The translations under genes and the position numbers were made by a program. From Pavona decussata (Eukaryota): a DNA stretch of 64,000 nucleotides. A model generated the notes under the pieces. That model made no database searches. It worked only from the letters and a program-made list of their open reading frames with translations, and was not told where the DNA came from. Below, piece after piece: positions 1 through 11,335 of the stretch; positions within the stretch are counted from its first letter, which is position 1, and every line of letters starts with the position of its first letter. The DNA lies in contig CDRNST010000370.1 in assembly GCA_977016875.1 (NCBI GenBank), forward strand, positions 62,001 to 126,000, given 5' to 3'.

Positions 1-740
1 AGTGACAGTCTATCGAATATTTGCCACGCTAATATTTCAAATTACGACCAGTACTGGCGTATGACTTCATTGTTCATGTAACAATTTTTAGTCGTTAAGC
101 TTTCTTCTTTATCGAAACCAGTTCCTTTAATTTTTAAAACGTCTGGTTTAGAAATGCCGAAATCTTCATGAGATATCAATTTATGTGCTGAATGATGTTT
201 ATTTTTAAGGGTAAATGTTTTGCTGTCATGGTGACCACGTTTTTTTTTTTGTTTGTTTTTCTTTTTCGTCTTTAGGCCTGAAAGAGCTGCTTTAAAAGCA
301 ATCAATCTAGTAATGACAATTGGGAATTCTTTTAATAAAAAGCTTGATAGCATCCTCTTTCCAATTTTTCTTGTTTACATATCAACCTGCATAGCGTGCG
401 TTCAGCTAAACGCTTTCCAAAAAGATTAATGATATGTTAATTCCAATTTGAAAGTGGCCTGTTGCAGTAACATATTGTCAACACGTACCTGTTAAAAAGC
501 TTCTCAAATTACTCTAGAAGCACATTTGCATGTTTAAAACTGAAAACAATTCCGCTTGAAACACGGCAAAACGCACGTAACGGACGACACGCAGCTGATA
601 GATATCAGGGATCGGAACACAACGACGACCTTACACACATAACACTGAAATTGAAGGACATTCCTTGCCTTCTTATTATTATGAAAAACAACTCGACAAA
701 AAATGTTGCATACATGTGAAATTGCGGCTGACTTAGAAGC

Positions 741-3700
741 ATGAAAATTTCTTGCGACAACCAGTTGGGAAGCTGTGTTCTTCTATTGCAATTTGCAACA
801 TTTGTGGTCGGTGAGTGATGGTGTAATTGTCTCCCCTGTTTAAGTTTATAACTTAGTTCTAAGTAGATTTATATACTATAAGAACGTCTAATTATCTGGT
901 TGAGACTGAAATTAGTATTTTCAAGCAATTTCGATAGACACTCAGTTGTTCGGACTATACAAAAACACAGCAACATGAGAGTATTGCACGGTGTGGTGGG
1001 GGGAGGCGAAGTATTTCGTGTTGGATTTCGGAAATCGTCCTTACATTTTTGGCCAGGATTGTATGTAATAAACAATTCAATTTGATTTTACTGTACTCAA
1101 ACCTAATAAACCTAAAGGCCCAGGATTTTTTAACCGAATTGGAATTTCCAGACGTTGGTCTTTATGGCGCTTGGATGGGGCTGGGGATGAGAGAAGATCT
1201 GAGAAAACTCTCATGAAAGAGCCAAATTAACATAAACAAATTCCTCTTTCCTAGTTGGAGATTTAAGCTTAGTAGGTTACATTCAAACTTTTTGACCGAG
1301 TTACGTGCAAAGACCCGTAAGTTCTCAGTGTAGGAGTAAAAACTACCCAGACCTACTGGTATATATCATTTTAAACCTTATAAAATAGAAAAATATGGCA
1401 AATTAACATTTCGTAAATAAGGCAAATCCTATATCATCTATGAGGCACTTAACGAGTGCTCTATGGAATGACCAATGGTTGAATGGTCTTTAGAAGGCAT
1501 TGGCCTCTATTAAAACCGTCATCACTTATTACAACCATTAATGTTTTCATATGCGCTTCTTTTATTAGTGGCTATTTTCCGAATTCTGGCTCATATAAGT
1601 AGTTTTTAAAAATTTTGGCTCCCTATTGTCTGATCGCTTGTTATTTGTTTCCGTATTTTTAATGACGTTGTAAAACGTACTTGTCCTCTAAATTGGCTAA
1701 CGCCTATAGTTTCTATTTCTCATAGGCAATAATTTGAACCATTCTTCAGCCACTAAAAGAAGCAGTGAAGCAATTATAATTTAAAAATTCGGATGTTAAA
1801 CAATACCTTCCACCTACAGCGTTCCTTTCACAGCAAAACAGAGACAACAGTCTCGCCACTTTTCATTTTGATATCATTCACTAGTTTTTTATCCAAAAAT
1901 GCCACCCTTTTAAGGAATATATTAAATGCCTTGCGAAATGAGTGGATCCGTTCAGATTTAGTTCCCAGTTTCCATGGAGATATTAAATTGAGCAAACAAT
2001 ATTTGCCAAACATAACTGAACCTTACAATCGTAAAACGTAAACTCGAACTATTAATAGTGAAACAAATGTGATGTTATGGTGACAAGTGATGGGGACTTA
2101 AAAGCGATTGCATTCAAAAGTTACATGACAGGACAATTTTGGGTCGTATATTAAATTTTCAATATATTTTTATTAGTTAGAAAAATGAAAATGTTCCTAT
2201 TTTTTAGACGTTTAGGACAAAAAACCGTCTACACCAAGCAGAAAAAAAATGAACTAGTTTTGAGAGTTCCTTGAAAGTGTCCACTTAACTTTAAAACATC
2301 CCTTTTTCAGGATTTTTTTGAACACATTTACCACATTTTGAGTCACTCCTCCACTTATGTTTTTTCTCTTTCCTGTCTTAATTCAAGCACATTTTAGTCC
2401 TTTGAAATACCAATGTCCTCAAATGATTAAAGTTTACTTCATAATAAAAGAAATGCCGAATGAAGAGACAAATTTGACTAGACCTGAAGAAGAGCAAGTT
2501 GGTTTCTAACAAAAAAAACACTTGAGCCACGCTACATCCTCGTGTTTAAGTAAAAAGGAACAGACAAATTTATTATTACCAAACCAGAGATTTATGCCTG
2601 TAAATAGCTTAAGAAAACCGCCTGCTTGCTATATGGATGTTCCCAACAAGAACATGTAGCAACCTTGTTCCCAGGGTCTTTCCTCTTCACGTCCCAGGGA
2701 GCGAGAGAGGGGAGACCCTGATTGGGGCTGGTCACGTGTCTCACAGAGAAAAATTAGATCAAGGGAGGGGTCCTTCACTTGCCATTTTTTTGTCAAGATT
2801 TATTGTCCACTCCGCTTTGCTGCGCGAAGCCCACGCGAAATTCATTCAACTGGCTATGTTTTTCAGTATTCTTCATTTTGCGAGTCATTGAAACATTAAT
2901 CTGAAAGCTTAACAAAGTCCGTTGTCTTGAGGCGCTGTACTTTGAAAAATCACTGTGTATAAACGACAAAATTAACAGTAGACGAACAGCGCCTTCCCCC
3001 TCAATTCATGGACTCAGTTGTAATCGAGGTTTATTCTAGCTTTGAATGCGCAGATGAAAGATCAGATCTGAAGAACTAAGGAAGGAAAGTTGAAAAGAAT
3101 CGGGCCGATGTCTAATTGCTCTGGAAGTCATTCTGAAGCAACTGCACTGCTAACAGAGGGTTTCTTTCTGGAAAATCTTAGCATAAGCGCAGTCGTTCGC
3201 GTCTCTGGTATTTAGCGTCGTTGGTTTGTTTACGTCCCCTTGTCTCTCGGGACGTAAACAAAGCAACGGTGCGAAATACTAGAGACGCGAACGACCACGC
3301 ACATGCTAAAAGATTTGCCAGAAAGAAGCGCTCTGTTAGCAGGGTTGCAGCAACAAACAATACACAGAAAATAGCCCATAAGCAGAACACTTTCGGAAGG
3401 AGGATGTACGGTATAACAACATGTATACGGTAAAATTTTCACGGATCTTTCAATCAACAAAGAAAACCCTTTCGAAATGCCGTAATCGTTGCAAAACAAT
3501 AACGAAAATAACCAATGTTCCAGTTGATGGCGTCATAGTTAATAAAAGGCAATGGTTATGAAGCCCCACATTCTTCCTTTGTTTTAGGTTTTTGTAGGCC
3601 TTTTTTGCCCTTGAAGGTGCACAAAGGTGACAACGCACAATAGCACTCCAATTAAGTTGAAAAAACTGACCAATAGAAACATACCTTTAATTTATTCAGT

Positions 3701-6700
3701 CTGAATGTGCGTCCAAAAAACAAAAGGTTGTGCACTGTCAGGGAGCTTTCAACCTAAATTGTAGCACCGTTGTTTTTGCTTTTGATTTTTGCCGACTTTC
3801 ATAACCAGTCTCGTCTACTAACTATGATAGCGTTAAAGTCAAATTTAGTCTGCGGCTACATTATGGCTCCGAGATACATTTCCGGTCACGTTTGATTCTT
3901 TCCTGGCCGTCAAACGCGGCGCGGAGGCCGAATCCTCGATGCACCGCTTGACTTTAACGGTGCCTGACTTTCAGAGATCGTGGACTTGACGACTCTAAAA
4001 GTAGATGTGGCAAAAATTCACTTCGTGGAAGTGCGCCGCCGTAAAGCTCCTCGGCTACCACCAGACTGAATAGTCGATTCCCTTTGCTGTAAAGATTTCA
4101 CCAATGACTTGTATCTCCAACTGATTTACAAAGTCGATAGCAGCACATACATTTACAGATTCACTCGCTTTATATACCCTTTTAGAGGTTTCTCAATGAC
4201 CAATTGACATGACCTTTGAAACACACGCGAATCGTAAGTTGACTTGACTGGGGCAAATTTTCCCATCTCCGGTACACTTAGTACAGGCAAACTGACACTG
4301 AACCGCCCCTCTCTCCAGTCATTTATTTGTAATCTCTCAGATTCTGGGAGACACGTGACCAGCCCCAACCAGGGTCTCCTCTCTCTCGCTCCCTGGGACG
4401 TGAAGAGGAGAGACCCTGGGAACGAGGTTGGAACATGTAGTTGTTGTTGTAACCATAAAACAGATATTGAGACCAATTTTGATATATTAAAATTCTAGCT
4501 TGACTACGAGGCTTAAAGGAACAAAACAAAAGAAATTAATTAATTATGTGTTCATCCCTTGGCACACAATGAAATGTTTATTTAATACAGGTAGCTCGTC
4601 CCGCGTACAGCTAATAAGGAAGCCTAGATGTTTCTTCGATGATTTATAGCCTTATGTGGACAGTATGCGATGAAACCTATATCAACTTTACAGAACTATA
4701 AATTAGCCTCAGCAACGGCGAAGCTCAAAAAATTGGAAATAATTCGCCATCCACTTTTTTTTTTGTCATTTTAGACGTTTCATAGGCAGGTATCTGCCGG
4801 TAGTTTATGAACCACTGACCCTTTCATAACTGCTAGACTTCGCTTCCGAATATGCATGTGTTCTAAAGCGTTAAATGTCAATAAGGCGCATACTCTTATA
4901 CGCTTATTTTCGATAGTCCCCTAATATATGTGTCATTGTAGAAAAAAAACCAGTCCTTTTTGGAGGAGAAAAATATATTTAGCCTATTTCTCTCTATTTT
5001 AGAACTTGTTCATTAAAAACTCCGTTTTCATTACCGGGTTGGTTACTAAAACTTAACGTATGCACGTAATGGAAAGTGATGAGGGCAAACTTGATTTCCA
5101 TCTTGGATTTCTGGTTTTACCTAAAACTTCAGAAAAAAAAACCAATAAAATTCTCTGAAAGGAAATAAAAACTATAGAAGAATACCAACATGGTCGAACT
5201 ATATGACCTTTTTGATAGATGGTTGTCTTATTCGATGACACAGGCATACTCGCAAAAAGAAAATCCAAATATGCCAGTCTCGCTGACTGAAAAAAAAAAT
5301 CACCAGGCTTAAAACATAACATCGAATTTCTTGAAAAAAATGTCGATGTAATAAAGGTAATATTTGTTAATTAAAAAAATCACCAGGCTTAAAACATCAC
5401 ATCGAATTTCTTGAAAAAAATGTCGATGTAATAAAGGTAATATTTGTTAATTAAAAACAGGAATTCCGAAACTGTCGATCAAAGTGACATTAAATTGTTA
5501 CCACACAAATTTCTGGAAAAGTCACATTGTTTGATGCGTTTGTTCAAATGTTTGAAAAGTTTAAAGACGCACGGGCTGAATCTGCCCTCCCCCTGGTCTA
5601 CAAAGGGATAATGTAATAGTGTCCACCCGTCCAAACTGTTACTGCATCAAACACTGCAGTGATGTCTTTCATAATACCGCTATGCTATGCAAATGATATG
5701 ATTGACTAAAGATACTTGGCTCCAGTAATTACAACATGAAATCTGGTTTTGTATTACTGATTTAGGCCCGAATACCTCTGATTCTGTGATCTACTTTCCA
5801 AGCCTGCAAAACGACATGTGTGGAGGAAGAGAAGTAAAAGAAAAGTGTGAGCAGAAAGGACGACGGCTTGTCAGAATCCAAACCGCGGATAGTCTTCTTG
5901 CGGCGGTGAAAAGGATAATCAGTGAACATGGCAATAAGGAATACTGGACTGGACTAAGGTAAAATGGATCGGTCGGTACAATAAATAATTGGCAAATCAT
6001 AATTCTAGCATTAAGGTTTGAGCGTTTTTCATTTTAGCCGGCATGAAGGAACATTCTATTGGCACGGCCAAAAAGGATCTGATTATAATCTCACTCTCAC
6101 TGGAGATACCAAGGACGACCAGTGGTATTGCTTTTTCATTAAACCTGGTGAAAATAAACTGAGAGGAGAGCCATGTCATATGCGGAAAAGATACATCTGT
6201 GGAAAGGGTAACGTATATACAATTATTACCTTCAGTCGTATTGCACCGATAATAGTTAAAATACGTTAATCTTTGCCAGGCCAATGCGTTTTAATTCTCA
6301 GCATGTGTTAAAACCAAAGTCCATTTGTCCCCCTCGTCTCAGTTATCTGCTATTGGTTGTGTCTTCAAAAATATTCTTCGCTATCAGGTCAGTTAGCATA
6401 GCTAAGTTAGCAAGGATAAACTCTCGTACAAGGGCACAAAATTGAGATTCAAGTTGACGCACAAAACACTTCTTAGCTTTAATGAACGTTTTGATAGGTT
6501 ATGGGTATAGAAAATATTTAGGAAAATTACATGCATCCTACATGAACAATTACATTATCTAAGCTACCTTGTCTTGTCAAATTTTACGTTAACGGAAACT
6601 AAACTAGCTTCTAGTCATCCAGAAACCACAGTGAGATCAGAACCAATATCACTTTTGGACTAGACTCAAGCAATACTTATCTTGTAATTATCTGTTGTAA

Positions 6701-9700
6701 TACTTTACTTTCTATGTTAATGTTGTGTAAATAGTGTGAAATAAATGAACCTTGAACCTTGAATACCAAAAAAGTAACGGCTACAACAACGCCACTTATC
6801 CAAACAATGGTGACAGTGGCAATTGCGACAAGAAAAACTGCAGTAAAAAAAAAAAAAACATCAGAGATAATAAAGTGTTATTGTTGTAGTTGTAGAATCA
6901 GCATCAGTAACAGTGAGCAGCCCTGGAATGAATACGCCGTCGCTTGCCAGCGGTATACCTGCTAATACAGTCCTGCCGAGCAGTACACTGACAACATCGA
7001 TGGTCATTGCAAAAGAGAGTCTGACATTAGCAAAGACAGCAACAGCAATGAGTAGGTCTGAGCTTACTAACCTCTCGCCAAAGACCAATCTATCTGCTAG
7101 CACAGTCCTGCAAAGCAGTATTCTGACAACAGAAATGGTTAACCCAACTGAAGCGCTAACGTTAACCACTGGTGCAATTGAATCTTCCATAGCAGAATCT
7201 TCCAGCAGTTCCGGATCTACACAGGGAAAAAACGCTGCTAAAGAGGAGGTATTAATTACTATTTATTAAGACGAACCACAAGATATGCTTTTGTCTGACG
7301 AATGTTCAATAGAGAAGAATCTAATTTCAGAAGAGATTCTTGAGGACAAATTCAAGTGTACAATCAGAGTTAAGGTATCAGCCACCCTTCAGGACCGTCC
7401 GCGCGCGGATCGCTGTAGCGTTAGTTGTTTTTATAAAAACCCCCATAAACCATATATTTTTTAAAAGCTTAATAATTCCAGATTATGGATTTGAACTAAC
7501 AAAAACTATTTACTTAAATGTGTTTCGAAATTGGAACGCTTTGTGTAAAAGTACACGTCTCTATAAATCATGTTCCACTCCCGCCGGAAATAAACGGAAG
7601 AAAACAATTAACACCGCATTCGCTTCTCAACACGTTCCACTAAAAAACCGTGTCTCAGATTTTTGACAAGTGCGTTTGTTTCTCTTTTATTAGCAAATGA
7701 AGTTGGGGGAGGCAATTAGTCAACACTCCCTGTGGAAAAAAGGCTCTAGCTTTAAAATCAAAACGAGTATTAAAATTCGCAGACACGGTTTTGTAGAAGA
7801 GATATATGGCATCACTCTGGCCAAATTTGAGCCAAATTGATTGAAAGGCTGCCGACTTGGAGTTCAAAACGTACGAGTCGATCGGCAAAATTTGCGTTCG
7901 GAGATAAAATAGAAAATACATTTTTGGCGGCATCCTACCTGGAATGAGATTACAACACCTAAATGTTTATTCTGATTGATATCAGAGAGGGCTCAATTTT
8001 CTCTAACAATAGGACTTTGACAGGTAACATGCAACAGGAACAAAGTTTCGCGGCAAGCAGCGGGAAATAAACTATTTTGCTTCCAGTCAGTTCAATTACA
8101 CTGTGTGTGGACAAAAGACAAAATTTTTGTTGAGGTTAGTGAATGTACATGCATAGTAATCGTTTAATTTACAAACAGCAATACGCTTTTCATGTAACAA
8201 TAAAAATATATTGTGTTTATTTCTTGAAAGGTTGGCTAAGTTGCTAACGATGCAGAAAACCAGTGCGAAATCAACACGAACGGAAGCGAAGCCGCCGAAT
8301 GTCCACCACCGATTGCTCGAAGGTCAAGAACTGAGGCCCGGTTTATTTTAAACGCTCTGCTCTTCTCGGAAGAATTAAAAACAGAATTTGTCTTGTGCGA
8401 CGGACAGCTTTCATTTCTCCAGGTAGAACCAAGTCCATGCCTAGTCGCTACATTTTCCACGACTTGGACACTTCCCTGGCAAAATCGACAAGATACAGAC
8501 TCGTCCCGTTTCTGAAGGAGAATTTCACTCGATACGATAGCTCGACCGCTTATTGTTTTCCACGTTCCATCAGCAGATGGGGTCGATGAGCTTAATTGGC
8601 TTTCTTCTTCTGGTTCTTCAAGCTAAATTTTGGAGCGGCTTGCACTCTCAGCAACTGTAGCATTTTCGCTTTTCTGAATATCCAACTCCTCCAGCCACTT
8701 CTCTTGCCGATAAAATGAGCCTTTGTCGCTCTCTGCCAATTTTGCAGCCCATTCTTTGTTAGACTCGCTCTTCGATTTCTTTTTCGCTCTCGGTTTCGAT
8801 GAGGAAAACGGACACAATCTTTTCTTTTTTTTTTTTTTTTGGCGGCATTTTCACCGAAACAAACGCTAAATATCGAGGTAAAGGCTACAAACAACACGAA
8901 GACAATTCGCACGTGTTGTGTCGTTCGAAGCGCGCACTCGGTATCACGTTACTGGTTCAATGACAGATCTTGTCAACGATCAATTAAGATAATTAACGAG
9001 AAAAAATCTTTTACCCCCGATATCTTTCGACAGAAATAACATTTTCTTCTGATTTTTTTTTTAAAGAAAGCTCTCAAGCATAACTATTTGAAAACGTTGA
9101 AACCTCAAATATGGACGGTCCTGAAGGGTGGCTGATACCTTAAAGTTGTGCCCTTACGACAGATAGAACACTGCAGTGTTCGCACTCGTATAGAGTCATA
9201 CTGACATTAGTTTTCGCAAAGGAGAGGTGTCCTCCTTCTGAAGATATTGGAAGCCTGATATATACATTTTTGGGTTGAAAACGCAATTTAATTAAGCCCA
9301 GTATAATCTAAGTTTCTTTGGTGAGCCTACTGTTAACCACCTACCTATTTTTAGGTTGTCTTTCTCACTACAAAACTGCATACACAACGTCAATTTTGCC
9401 AAACGGCCACGGCTACTATCGTGCTGTCGGCAAGTAATTTCTCGGCAAGTCCCCCAATCTACCGCAGCCAGCTACAGACTTTTCCGTGCATTTCCTCAGC
9501 GCCTGGCAGCTTATTAAATGCTTGACTGTTCCAGTCAAAGCTTACTTTTTTATTATGTGAAGACACTTTTCGTAATTACGTATTCAATAACTTTATTTTG
9601 CTCCTTTATAGTTCCAGCGTTATACTGCGGAACTAAAAGCCTTCAATGCCTCAAAGAAAGGTTCTTTGCAGGTAAGATGACATTGATTTTGTGGCTTGAA

Positions 9701-11302
9701 TAGCTGGACTGACAGTGGGTGAGTTCTGCCCGCGCAGACTCTCAACTTTTGTATTTGAGCAAATGCCACCAAACTTTGTGAATTTTTCAGAAAAAAAAAT
9801 GTCTGGAAAAAATCAGGCGTGGTAGGTCAGTAGTTACTGAATTTGATGGACATTTTAGCTATATCAAATTTTCGTTTTTGAAATAACGACGAAAGATGGT
9901 TATTTTTTTCTGCCTGTAAAATTCTTTTTAGCAGGAAAAAATGCTCTTTCAAAATCACAACATTTCACATTTGAGTCATCACGAGGATGTTGTCTGGTTA
10001 CAAAGAATATGAAATTTACCATTTTTGAAGGTGATGCATGTGGATTTATCTTATTGCTATGGTGAAGCTTAAAATACGATAATCAAGGGTCGAGACAATC
10101 TCTTCCTTAATCATAGTTTTTTTGTTAATTGAAATCCTCAGAATGCAGCCAACACAGCCAGTAATTTTTTAAAAGTGCTGAGAAAAAGGAAGGTCCAAAC
10201 GAACGACATCAATGTGTTGCTAGCTACTCAGGAATTAGAGTCATTTGCGATAATGTACGGCAAGACTCATTACAAAGCAAATGAAAGCAATGTCATTTCC
10301 AAAGAAAACTACGGTGAGTCAGCTCCCATGATATCAGGGTAAAAACGCGTTGCGTTTTTTTTGGTGCGTTTCTGACGATTTTCCTGAGCCAAGTTTTACT
10401 TTAACATAGTATTCATCGAAACACTAGAAAATTAAAAACTTATTCATTAGCTTTGTCAAACATTCACTTAAAAACACCAACTAACAGAAGCAGTTCATCG
10501 TGATATACTGTAAATAAACATCAAACGTAAGTTGTTTTGTTTTAGTGTAAGTGTTTTTAGATGGGTTTTTGTTAGTTGTGAATCAGTCTGGAGTAAATCT
10601 TTCGCATGGAAAATGTGAGCTCGTGAATCGGTACCTAGTTTAGTTGTCTTGTAGTTCAGTTGCGCCTTGTCAGCCATAAATGATAACACATTTGTATGTT
10701 ACAAAATGTTTCGATGCTTAATTTGGATGCTTGTTTTGTTTGGACCATTAAATTTCTGGAGTTTAGTTCTGGACGAACGTTAGAGTATCAAAGAAGGGAA
10801 TAATCCTTCTTTAATACAGTTACATTTAGATTTGTCGATCTATTTATACACCATTACAAAGGTTTTACAGGTTCATGCAAGAGAAGATAAAGTTTAGAGT
10901 GTAGATCAAGTTATTTGTCTTCAGTCTTTTCTTTGTATGTTTTGGTTGATTTTGGTTTTAAAAAAATGATATAAAAACTCAAAAAAAAAATCTATAAAAT
11001 GTCAACGACTTCAAGTAGGCAGCGATAGCTAATCAGACAATTTTGCTACACAGTACCTCTTTCATCTTTAGGCTCGAGCTGAAAGCCGTGTTTTTTACCA
11101 ATAAATCTTGCAGCAATGATGATCCAGAGAATTCCTGCAGATAGAAAAGATGCAGTCATTTTCGCTGTAAATGAGACAGAGTACTCAGCTAAGGAAGGAT
11201 GGGCGAGTATTTCTGTACCCTCGGGAGCGTTTCAAGGGAAAGGTACTGTAGAATGCAAGTGCTGTTAGGAGTTATTAGCCAATCAATTACTTTGCGATAT
11301 GT

Positions 11303-11335
<33 letters not shown>

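Noticed and set aside
42-353. 103-aa minus-strand ORF
   Set aside because: Low-complexity Lys run from a T tract, no recognisable domain or splice context; probably repeat-derived.
6759-6889. Thr-rich ORF just upstream of the gene A stalk exon as an extra stalk exon
   Set aside because: It is in a different frame from the stalk exon, contains a poly-A run, and has no convincing phase-1 acceptor. It could be a decayed stalk extension, but I cannot support that.
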